A stretch of 64,000 nt of DNA, taken from the IMG/VR virus record IMGVR_UViG_3300032898_000001, positions 1 through 64,000 of that record; one strand, written 5' to 3'. Source of the stretch: a virus. Positions 1-7,908 of this stretch are shown here, one piece after another; the first letter of the stretch is position 1; every line of letters begins with the position of its first letter. Under the pieces are notes generated by a model that saw nothing but the letters and a program-made list of their open reading frames with translations, was not told the DNA's origin and did not search any database. The translations under genes were made by a program, and so were the position numbers.

Positions 1-147
1 CCGCCTGATTCGTTCGACGGGAAGGTTCAGAGACTATGTACGGAGCTCCTCAAATGAGGATGAAGATATAGTCCGATCTGCATGGAAATATGCAGAACTG
101 AGCAGAAATGTCTCAGTCCATCGTATTACACGATGAGTAACAAAATG
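1..147 (+). mobile_element. Group I intron 1 (3' part) in the major capsid protein gene
   Basis: R motif TTCAGAGACTA (26-36), S motif AAGATATAGTCC (63-74), P8 hairpin CTCCTC-AAAT-GAGGA, P9/P9.1/P9.2 hairpins, terminal omega-G at 147 (GTAACAAAATG). Confidence 0.9.
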
Positions 148-163
148 ACCCCGTGTACACCGT
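148..163 (+). CDS. 16-nt micro-exon of major capsid protein
   Basis: ACCCCGTGTACACCGT joined to 1306 reads (T)AC CCC GTG TAC ACC GT|C TAC CGC AAC AAG = YPVYTVYRNKFPRPQGQG, in frame with ORF 1352..2632; ends in U paired to G174 in P1. Confidence 0.8.
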
Positions 164-1305
164 CAGTAACTAGGCGGCCTCAGAGGGTGACCTCTGAGTA
201 AACACCTCGCTGTATCGGTGAATCTCCTTCACGTACACAAGTAGTGATAAGATACCTCTTGTGACAGAGGACAATACCGAGGGAACCCCAGAGCCCGGGG
301 ACTCCGTAGAGACTACACGCGAGGCATCTGCTCCATACCAGGATCTCGATGAGGTCCTTCGTACCGTTCACCACGTTCGTGATCTAGCTAGGTACTACGA
401 CGTCACCGTTTCCGAGATGACGGCCTTGCTGAAACAACGAGGCATCATCCGGTTCACTCGTCGCAGTCAGGTCGACTGGTCTCACCTCAAGCAGCTCTAC
501 GAGGAGCTCCAGTCAATCCCCGCCGTAGCTCGACGACTCGGGACAACCGAGAAGATCACGTATGCGGAGCTAAAAGATCAAGGTATCCAACTGCGATCTC
601 GAGGCCATCTCAAGGGACAGAAAAAGTCCGCTAGCTGGCGAGAGGCCAGTGCCAAGAACTGGGATGATCCAGCTTGGCGAGAAGAACAACGAAGGAAGTG
701 GCTTGAGAAAAGTCAGTCCCGACGAAAGGGACCGGGCGTCTCACCTCTCGAGAAGTTCTTGCACACGGCTCTTCGACAGGCGCGGGTCTCGTTCAACGCG
801 AACGAGGTCGTGCTCGACGGTAGGTACGTGGTCGACGTTTTGCTCACTCAGCGGAACATCGTCATCGAGGTAGACGGAAGCTCTCACTGGCTTCCAGAAG
901 CTCAAAAGAACGACAAGGTCCGCCAAGCTGAACTTGAGCGAGCGGGTTTCATCGTTCGTCGAATCGACCACGTAGACGTCGTCAACAACGCACACGGTTT
1001 CGTTGCTGATCTGATGAATGAGTTTGATCTTCAACCCGAAGAGCATCCTCAATCGCGAGTTCGCAGCGACGCCGAGGCCTTTGGTGATCGAATGAACGCC
1101 CTTCGCTCCGACCCCGAAAAGAGTCGACGATGGCGGGAGAATCTCACTAAGGCACGTCGAGAACGAGCTGAACGAGAACGGCAGATGAAGATATAGTCCG
1201 GTCTGCATGGATCACGTGAAAACATGCAGAGTCAGGCAGAAATGACCTGACCACTCACCCACTCACTGAAAGTCAGTGAAACTCGTGGTGAGGGGTAACA
1301 GATCG
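164..1305 (+). mobile_element. Group I intron 2 with homing endonuclease in P8 loop
   Basis: P1 CCGU/GCGG, P2 CTCAGAGG..CCTCTGAG, P3 CCTCGC(205-210)/GCGAGG(319-324), R GTAGAGACTAC (306-316), P8 CATCTGC/GCAGATG, S AAGATATAGTCC (1188-1199), P9 region similar to intron 1, omega-G 1305. Confidence 0.9.
261..1196 (+). CDS. Intron-encoded Vsr-like/DUF559 (EDxHD family) homing endonuclease with N-terminal HTH/NUMOD-like DNA-binding segments
   Basis: SPLEK..YVVDV..IEVDGSSHW..DKVRQAELERAGFIVRRI motifs; lower GC than flanking capsid gene. Confidence 0.85.
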   Translation: MTEDNTEGTPEPGDSVETTREASAPYQDLDEVLRTVHHVRDLARYYDVTVSEMTALLKQRGIIRFTRRSQVDWSHLKQLYEELQSIPAVARRLGTTEKITYAELKDQGIQLRSRGHLKGQKKSASWREASAKNWDDPAWREEQRRKWLEKSQSRRKGPGVSPLEKFLHTALRQARVSFNANEVVLDGRYVVDVLLTQRNIVIEVDGSSHWLPEAQKNDKVRQAELERAGFIVRRIDHVDVVNNAHGFVADLMNEFDLQPEEHPQSRVRSDAEAFGDRMNALRSDPEKSRRWRENLTKARRERAERERQMKI

Positions 1306-2632
1306 CTACCGCAACAAGTTTCCCCGCCCGCAGGGTCAGGGCGTCAGCCGGATGGAGAAGGTGTTCACCGGCATCTCCGGTTCCCAGACCGGGGGCCAGA
1401 GCGTGCTCGACATCTCGATCGACGAGCTCGTCACCCAGACCAACAACAACGCCGGCTTCGGCACCTGGCCGCTCAACCTGCCGCAGGCGGGCAGCCAGAC
1501 CGAAGTCAACCTCAACGTCCCGTACCGGTTCTTCGGTCTGACCGAGCAGCTGTCCTGGCTCGCTCAGTTCGCTGGCCAGGGCTTCGAGGACATCTCGGCA
1601 CTCGCCAACCTCATCCTCCTGCAGGAGATGATGCTCGGCGAGGAATACCAGATGATCGCCGGCACCTCGGTGCCACTGGCCACCCCGGCCGCGCCGACCA
1701 TCACCCTGCGCACCGCCGGCTCCAACGAGACCGCCTTCACCACCGGCACGCTCACCGTGGAGGTCACGGGCGCGAACTACTGGGGTGAGACCGCGGCCTC
1801 CGCGGCCAGCAACAGCGTCACCGTCGGGGCCGGCCAGGTCGTCGACGTCACCATCTCCCCGGTGGCCGGCGCCCTGTTCTACAACCTGTACACCAACAAC
1901 GCCAGCGCCGGCTACAAGCAGCAGGTCACCAACGTCGGCGGCATCCGCTACACCCTGCAGGGCACCGCGTCGACCACCGGCACCGCGCCGGCCGCCGACA
2001 CCGGCACCAGCAAGGGCACCCGGATGGAGGGCGTCATCCCGACGCTCACCGGCCTGTCCGCCCAGGGCGGCATCTACCCGGCCGGCTGGCAGGGTGGCTA
2101 CGTCAACAACGCCGTCGGCTCGACCCTCAACTACAGCACCATCAACACCGTGCTGAAGGCCCTGTGGGCGACCAGCGGCAACAACCCGGGCTCGTTCAAG
2201 GCCGACCCGGCGGAGCTCATCTCCTCCGGCGTCGACATCGCGAACCTGTCCGACGACGTCATCGCCCAGGGCTCCGCTACCAACTACCGGTTGTTCATCC
2301 AGCAGTCGGAGACCGGCGGCGTCCAGACCGGTGCGGCCGTGGACGAGTTCCGCAACCCGCTCACCCGGTCCATCATGAAGCTGGTCGTGCACCCCTGGTA
2401 CCAGCAGGGCAACGCCGACCTGCTGACCTACCAGCTGCCGCAGACCTGGACCAACGTCGCCAACGCGTGGGAGATGACCTGCGTCCAGGACTACGTCTCC
2501 ATCGCCTGGCCAGTCATCGACGCGACCTTCCGCTACTCGATCTTCCTGTACGGTGCCATGGTCGCGCACGCCCCGCAGTACTCCGCCCACCTCGGCGGCC
2601 TGCAGTCCAGCAACACCACTCCGTACGCCTGA
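1306..2632 (+). CDS. Major capsid protein, final exon
   Basis: Open frame from 1307 (YRNKFPRPQGQG) into 426-aa ORF; LLQEMMLGEEYQMIAG helix typical of HK97-fold capsids; very high GC3; position before head-tail genes. Confidence 0.8.
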
Positions 2633-2645
2633 TCGACGACGTGAG

Positions 2646-2672
2646 GCCCGGTCCCACTTCCCCGGGACCGGG
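2646..2672 (+). terminator. GC-rich hairpin after capsid gene
   Basis: GCCCGGTCCC-7nt-GGGACCGGGC. Confidence 0.6.
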
Positions 2673-2701
2673 CTCTCATCTCACCTCAGAAAGGAAACAT
2701 C

Positions 2702-3037
2702 GTGGCCATCTTCGAAGGTGACGTTGGGGCGCGCCAGTCGACCAGCGTCAAGTCCACCACGGCCGTGGCGGTCTTCCTGCTGTCGCAGACCTCCACGGCT
2801 CCCAACAACTCGTGGACGATCCTCACCACCACCCAGAACTACACGGTCATCAACACGGGGGCCAACCCGTGCTGGGTGGGCACGTCCACCTCGGTCACCG
2901 CGGCCACCGGCTTCCGGCTCGGTTCCGGCGAGCAGCTGACCGTCAACGGCACCGTGCACAAGCTGGCTGCCTGCGCCAGCGCCGCGGCCCCGACCACGGT
3001 CATCGCCGGCCTGGCCACTCAGTCCCCGGTGGTGTGA
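2702..3037 (+). CDS. Small virion/decoration-type protein (paralog family NxGxNPxxxG)
   Basis: AGAAAGGA RBS; beta-rich; INTGANPCWVG..GFRL motif shared with 3039 and 4596 ORFs. Confidence 0.6.
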   Translation: MAIFEGDVGARQSTSVKSTTAVAVFLLSQTSTAPNNSWTILTTTQNYTVINTGANPCWVGTSTSVTAATGFRLGSGEQLTVNGTVHKLAACASAAAPTTVIAGLATQSPVV

Positions 3038-3038
3038 C

Positions 3039-3545
3039 GTGTCGACCCGGATCAACGTGGTACCCGTCGGCCTGGCGGCGGCCGCGGTCTTCACCCCTCC
3101 CGCCGGATCGGGTCGACCGCACGCCGTCATCCACAACTCGGGACCGGGAACCGTCTACCTGGGTCAGGCATCGGTCACGGCCCAGAACGGGCTGCCGTTG
3201 AGGGCGAAGGAGCAGATCGAGTTCCCCTTCGCTCTCGACACGATCTACGCCTGCTCGGGTGGGCTCACTCTCAGTGGCACGGTCACGACCACGACCACCG
3301 CGGCGGTGACGCACGGCGCGTCCACCGTCGTGGCGGTCACGGCGATCACCGGTTTCGCGGCCGGCCAGACCGTGCAGGTCGGGGCGGGCACGTCGGCCGA
3401 GACCCTGACGATCTCGGCGACCAGCACCGCGCCGTCTCTCAAGTTCACCACCAAGCCGGCGTACGACCACGCCTCCGGCGTGACCGTGGCCCAGGTGACC
3501 ACCGGCGCCGTCGGCACCCTCAAGGTCACCGGCGGTCTCAGCTGA
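3039..3545 (+). CDS. Small virion/decoration-type protein with Thr-rich insertion
   Basis: IHNSGPGTVYLG..NGLPL motif; inserted segment (GFAAGQTVQVGAGTSAE) resembles part of the major tail protein. Confidence 0.6.
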   Translation: MSTRINVVPVGLAAAAVFTPPAGSGRPHAVIHNSGPGTVYLGQASVTAQNGLPLRAKEQIEFPFALDTIYACSGGLTLSGTVTTTTTAAVTHGASTVVAVTAITGFAAGQTVQVGAGTSAETLTISATSTAPSLKFTTKPAYDHASGVTVAQVTTGAVGTLKVTGGLS

Positions 3546-3642
3546 CCTGAAGATCGCCGTCGCCCGTGGCTGTCTCAACGTGGTACGAGATATAGTGAGG
3601 CCAGGAGCAGAGCCGTCTTCTCCCGGAACCGAGCGAGGTCGA

Positions 3643-4296
3643 GTGCCAGAAGGACAGGCAGCCACGGGCGTCGAGACGCCGCCACCCGCTCCCCAGCAGA
3701 CCAGCATCAACCTGATCTGCATCAAGATCATCTGGATGGGAGCCAGCGAGGCGAAACGCAAGGTCGCCTCGATGAACGCCCCGTTCCACGACATCGCGAT
3801 CTTCCCCGAGCCCGACTATCCCAAGGGCCGCAAGGGACTCACGATCTCGCGGGCCTGGGAGCAGATGCACGGCCCGGACGACGCCGGCCTGCTCATCCTC
3901 GACGGGGACGTCGCGATCGACCCGGTCGATCTCAACACCATGGTCCAGCACGTCGCGTCCGACCGCGAGGCCGTCTGGGTCGCTCCCGTGAAGCTCTGGC
4001 CCAAGTCCACCCACCTGGCCGCCTGGGTGTGGGGACACCGCAAGGCACCGCCTCCCGGGATGACCCAGCAGGACGACGTCATGCGGTTCTGGCAGCAGGA
4101 CATCGACGACCCGCGGTGGTGGACTTTTAATTTCACATACATTCCGCGCAGTCTCGTTGTGAAGGCGCAAGAGGCCGGGCTCGAGACCTGGCACTACCCG
4201 AACGTGGACAAGAACTTTCACGAGCTGGCCACCGAGCTCAACTACCGCGTCAAGGTCGTCCGCGGTGACTGCCACCCGCGCCATATCAATTTTTAA
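3643..4296 (+). CDS. Putative GT-A fold glycosyltransferase
   Basis: Hydrophobic strand + DxD (LLILDGDVAID), later acidic motif NVDKNF and C-terminal H; start uncertain (GTG 3643 after GAGG). Confidence 0.5.
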   Translation: MPEGQAATGVETPPPAPQQTSINLICIKIIWMGASEAKRKVASMNAPFHDIAIFPEPDYPKGRKGLTISRAWEQMHGPDDAGLLILDGDVAIDPVDLNTMVQHVASDREAVWVAPVKLWPKSTHLAAWVWGHRKAPPPGMTQQDDVMRFWQQDIDDPRWWTFNFTYIPRSLVVKAQEAGLETWHYPNVDKNFHELATELNYRVKVVRGDCHPRHINF

Positions 4297-4311
4297 TCTT
4301 GGGAGGTCCCG

Positions 4312-4599
4312 ATGAGCAAGCGAGTCAACCTCCCGCCCGGCTGCGACGGCCTCAACATGGAGGACGGCACCCGGTACACGGCGAGTCAGGCCGGGGGCAC
4401 CGTCACGGTCGCCGACCGCCACGCCCGCGCCGTCACGAAGCTCGCGACCGGCGGCGACGGGGGCCTCGTCGACGGCCGGTTCAAGGGCTTCCTCGGCACG
4501 AAGAAGGGGCGCTGGTGCCCGACGTGCATCCGCGTCTGGAACGCCTGGAACACCACCTGCCCCAAGTGCGACGGTGAGACCGTGGAGGACACGCTGTGA
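4312..4599 (+). CDS. Hypothetical protein with C-terminal CxxC..CxxC zinc ribbon
   Basis: CPTC..CPKC; GGAGG RBS. Confidence 0.65.
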   Translation: MSKRVNLPPGCDGLNMEDGTRYTASQAGGTVTVADRHARAVTKLATGGDGGLVDGRFKGFLGTKKGRWCPTCIRVWNAWNTTCPKCDGETVEDTL

Positions 4600-4874
4600 T
4601 CGACATCAACCAGATCGCTCTGTCAACGGCCGCGTCGACTCGGATCACCCCAATTCCCGGTGGCACCGGCAGCGTCACGCTGGTCAACACGGGTACCAAC
4701 CCGGTCTATATCGGGCTCAGCTCGGCCGTGACCATCACCAACGGCTTCTCCCTGGCCGCCAGCTCCCCGCCGGTCGTCTTCCCCACCTTCGACAGCTCCA
4801 AGCCGCAGGTGCTGTGGGCGATCTCGAAGACCGGCGCGTCGAGCATCGGGTTCATCGTCTCCAACGCGCACTGA
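4596..4874 (+). CDS. Small virion/decoration-type protein (third paralog)
   Basis: VNTGTNPVYIG..NGFSL; GTGA coupling to the upstream gene. Confidence 0.6.
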   Translation: MIDINQIALSTAASTRITPIPGGTGSVTLVNTGTNPVYIGLSSAVTITNGFSLAASSPPVVFPTFDSSKPQVLWAISKTGASSIGFIVSNAH

Positions 4875-4876
4875 AA

Positions 4877-4913
4877 GAGCCCCGCCTCCTCATTGGGGAA
4901 GAAGGCGGGGCTC
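4877..4913. terminator. Hairpin between convergent genes
   Basis: GAGCCCCGCCT..AGGCGGGGCTC, preceded by AAA on + (short U-tail on -). Confidence 0.6.
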
Positions 4914-4962
4914 GGTAGGCGACCCGCGAGCGGTCTCGGCGGGACTCAAGCGGGTCGCGTGG

Positions 4963-5310
4963 TCAAGAGGTCTTGGCGTTGGCCGGCCAGAACGCGTCGA
5001 TCTCGGTCTCGGGAACGACGTACTCCGACCGCTTGAAGACCCGGCGAGACGCGACGGGCACCCCGTCGACCGTCGCGGTCTGAGCGGTCCCAATCAGGCG
5101 CCGCATCTGGTTGAGGGCCAGGGTCTTCTGATTCTTCCAGTACTCCTCGGCCATCAGCGCGTAGCGGTAGGCGTCCCTCAGCTCGGCCGGGACCTCCTGG
5201 CTGGTGCCCTTCACCACGTCGGGAAACTGGGCCTTGAGCTGGTTCTGCTCTTCCTCGGCCGTCAGGCCAACCGGAGCCTGCAGGATCAGCGGTTCGTGAG
5301 TCTGGGTCAT
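4963..5310 (-). CDS. Hypothetical protein, antisense within the virion operon
   Basis: ATG with GAGGGAG RBS, own promoter; coiled coil plus TVDG-V-A segment reminiscent of YqaJ C-terminal region. Confidence 0.6.
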   Translation of the reverse strand: MTQTHEPLILQAPVGLTAEEEQNQLKAQFPDVVKGTSQEVPAELRDAYRYALMAEEYWKNQKTLALNQMRRLIGTAQTATVDGVPVASRRVFKRSEYVVPETEIDAFWPANAKTS

Positions 5311-5341
5311 TCGGGATCTCCCTCTTCTCGTTCCTGAGACC

Positions 5342-5373
5342 ACCATACCACCGAGCCGTCAAAAAGTAAACAG
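5342..5373 (-). promoter_or_regulatory. Conserved phage promoter
   Basis: CTG-TTTACT-N17-TATGGT. Confidence 0.7.
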
Positions 5374-5385
5374 AGAGGATCAGTT

Positions 5386-5937
5386 ATGACCGTGTACGCG
5401 CGAAGCGACGTCATGAGCGTTTCGCTGTCCCACGAGCACGGGGGGTGTGGAGCCACGCACTCGCGTCCGGTGACCCACGGCGCCCCGGCACAGTCCTGGG
5501 GCCTGGACTGCCCCGCCTGCGAGAACCACCTCCGCTCCGACCCTCACTGGAGCATCAACCTCTCCGAGGTCCCGGAGACCCCCGACGAGGAGCGCACTCG
5601 CCTCGACCGGGAGAAGAAGGGCCAGACCAACCAGCAGGACCTGCTCGTGGCGGCCATCCTGGCCATCGCTCAGTCCCAGCAGGAGCTTCCGGACAACCTG
5701 GCCAAGGCCATCGCCGCCCTGAGCGAGGCCCGTGAGGCCCAGGAACCGGTCGTCACGCACGCCGAGTCAGCGAGCGACACCGCTCCCGACTCGGCCAACG
5801 AGCCCGATCCCGAGCCAGACCTCAACAAGCTGAAGGTCCCGGAACTGCGAGACCTGGCCGCGTCCCGGAACCTGGACACCGGCGGCACCCGAGCCGACCT
5901 GCTCGAGCGCCTACAGGCCGGCGACACCGAGGACTGA
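5386..5937 (+). CDS. Zn-binding N-terminus + C-terminal SAP/HeH DNA-binding domain protein
   Basis: C-GATH..CPAC; LNKLKVPELRDLAASRNLDTGGTRADLLERL matches SAP consensus. Confidence 0.7.
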   Translation: MTVYARSDVMSVSLSHEHGGCGATHSRPVTHGAPAQSWGLDCPACENHLRSDPHWSINLSEVPETPDEERTRLDREKKGQTNQQDLLVAAILAIAQSQQELPDNLAKAIAALSEAREAQEPVVTHAESASDTAPDSANEPDPEPDLNKLKVPELRDLAASRNLDTGGTRADLLERLQAGDTED

Positions 5938-5940
5938 TCC

Positions 5941-6126
5941 TTGAGTCGGCGCGGCATCTGCGGGCGCTGCGGCACCGTCCGCCGCGGCACGCGAGCCGCG
6001 CCGACTCAACCGATCACGAGTTGCCTCGACTGCGCCACCCCGCTCTGTCTCAAGCACGCCATCTGGCAGACCGACCGCGTCGGGTACATCTGCCGCAAGT
6101 GTCTTCAGTCTCAGGAAGGTCGGTGA
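5941..6126 (+). CDS. Small Cys-rich zinc-finger protein
   Basis: CGRC, CLDC, CLKH, CRKC. Confidence 0.5.
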   Translation: MSRRGICGRCGTVRRGTRAAPTQPITSCLDCATPLCLKHAIWQTDRVGYICRKCLQSQEGR

Positions 6127-6130
6127 CGAG

Positions 6131-7093
6131 GTGGTGATGCCCGCGACGCTTCCCGTGGGGCCGCTGACGCCGTACGTCACGCCCGACATCCTCATGAACG
6201 CTCCCACCGGTATCTCGTGGTCCACGATCCCTCCCGGCCGGAACGTCACGGACGAGCAGCGGTACGCCGAGGCCCTCAACATCTGCATGCGCGCGACCGG
6301 CATGGCCGACTCGTACTGCAACCAGCCACTGCGCGCCACCCTCGACACCGAGTACCAGTCGGGCCCGGACTTCCGCATCACGTACCAGCAGGCCACGGGC
6401 AACACGCGGGTCATCCTGCAGCGTTGGCCGGTCCTGGCCATCACCGGGGTCGCGGTCAGCCCCAACACGTTCCCTCGCAGCTGGACCACGGTGCCCAGCG
6501 GGTACTACGACGTGGAGCACCCCGTCATCGGCCTCTACGGCACCTCGGCCCCGTCCGCCGCCGGTGAGGGTGGTCAGTCCATCCTGATCGGTCCCGGGTT
6601 CGTCAACTGGGGCCTCGGTCGCAACGGCTTCTGGGTCAAGACCACGTACGTCAACGGCTGGCCGCACACCTCCCTGACCGCGGCCGCAAACGCCGGCGAC
6701 ACCACGCTGCAGGTCGACGACTGCACCGGCTGGGCCACGGTCTCCGAGTCCCTGGGCAGCACCGGGGTCACCGGCGTCATCTACGACTCGGGAAGCCAGG
6801 AGACCGCTCAGGCCATCTCCACCAGCGCCGTGGCCGGTCCCGGGGTCGTCACCCTGGCCAACCCCCTCACCTTCGACCACGACCAGGGAGTCCTGTTCAC
6901 CAGCCTTCCGGAGTCGGTCATGTGGGGCGTCATCCTCTTCGGGGCCAGCCAGGCCCTCACCCGCGGCGCCACGGCCACCACCGTGCAGCAGATCCCGGGA
7001 GGCGGCGGCTCCTCCGGGACGGGGCCGGCCAAGGCGAGCTCCCTGGCCGACCAGGCCCAGGGCTACCTCGCCCCTTTCCGGCGGGTGATCTGA
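6131..7093 (+). CDS. Head-tail adaptor/connector protein
   Basis: ATGMADSYCNQPL N-terminal helix, WPVLAIT, TYVNGW, C-terminal YLAPFRRV; position. Confidence 0.65.
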   Translation: MVMPATLPVGPLTPYVTPDILMNAPTGISWSTIPPGRNVTDEQRYAEALNICMRATGMADSYCNQPLRATLDTEYQSGPDFRITYQQATGNTRVILQRWPVLAITGVAVSPNTFPRSWTTVPSGYYDVEHPVIGLYGTSAPSAAGEGGQSILIGPGFVNWGLGRNGFWVKTTYVNGWPHTSLTAAANAGDTTLQVDDCTGWATVSESLGSTGVTGVIYDSGSQETAQAISTSAVAGPGVVTLANPLTFDHDQGVLFTSLPESVMWGVILFGASQALTRGATATTVQQIPGGGGSSGTGPAKASSLADQAQGYLAPFRRVI

Positions 7094-7617
7094 TGCCGAT
7101 CGTCACCGCGCAGGTCTACATCAACAACCTGCTCAACGGCCTCGTCTGGCCTCCCGCGATGACGAACGTGCCGGCACTCGAGTCCCAGATCACCCCGCTC
7201 GACCCGCAGGTCGAGGCCCAGGTCCCGCAGGCCTACGTCTGGCCCACCCGGGGCAAGGAATCACGGGACCCGAAGAAGGGCGGCACCGTTCCGCGAGCCG
7301 CGTCCTTCGGGGCCCCGTCCGGTCTCAAGTCCGAGGTGCACAACCTCGGGGTCTGGCTCGTCTGGTTCGGGGCCGACACGGACCAAGACGCCGACAACCT
7401 CTTCCCGGGCATGGTCGACTGGGTCATGGTCCAGCTCCGGTCCACCGAGGACCCGACCCCGATCCAGACCGACCCGTGGTCCGGCATCCAGAGCTACCTT
7501 CTCGACATCGGGGAGGACATGGACTACGAGATCACTCTTCGAAGCCTGCTCGAGCAGCGGTACGACCGCTACGACGCGCTGATCACGTTGACGGTCAGCG
7601 AGGTCTTTCCCGCCTAG
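7093..7617 (+). CDS. Putative tail terminator/neck protein
   Basis: TGATG coupling; PQAYVWP motif; directly upstream of tail tube. Confidence 0.5.
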   Translation: MPIVTAQVYINNLLNGLVWPPAMTNVPALESQITPLDPQVEAQVPQAYVWPTRGKESRDPKKGGTVPRAASFGAPSGLKSEVHNLGVWLVWFGADTDQDADNLFPGMVDWVMVQLRSTEDPTPIQTDPWSGIQSYLLDIGEDMDYEITLRSLLEQRYDRYDALITLTVSEVFPA

Positions 7618-7629
7618 TAAAGGAGCCGT

Positions 7630-7908
7630 GTGGCCGACACCTACGCCTACCTCGGAGAGGACGTACGAGCCTACCTCTCGTACGCCGACACCGAGACCGA
7701 TCTCACGCTGGTCGCGGAACCCGGGAAGTCGTACGGCATCCGCGCCATCGAGGGCCACGCGATCCCGCCGAATGACGGGCGCTGGGCCGAGGACCCCGAC
7801 CCGGTCACCGAGGTCGACGTTCCTTCTCCGCGGCGAGGCCGCTCCAGCCAGGCCGCTGAACCGACCGCTACCGACGACCCCTCCACCGAAACGGGAGCTG
7901 AGGAATGA
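7630..7908 (+). CDS. Hypothetical virion-region protein
   Basis: AAGGAG RBS, ATGA coupling to major tail gene. Confidence 0.55.
   Translation: MADTYAYLGEDVRAYLSYADTETDLTLVAEPGKSYGIRAIEGHAIPPNDGRWAEDPDPVTEVDVPSPRRGRSSQAAEPTATDDPSTETGAEE

Noticed and set aside
1352-2632. ATG 1352 as the capsid start
   Set aside because: The frame is open and capsid-like back to the intron 3' splice site at 1305; there is no strong RBS; the true start lies upstream of the window
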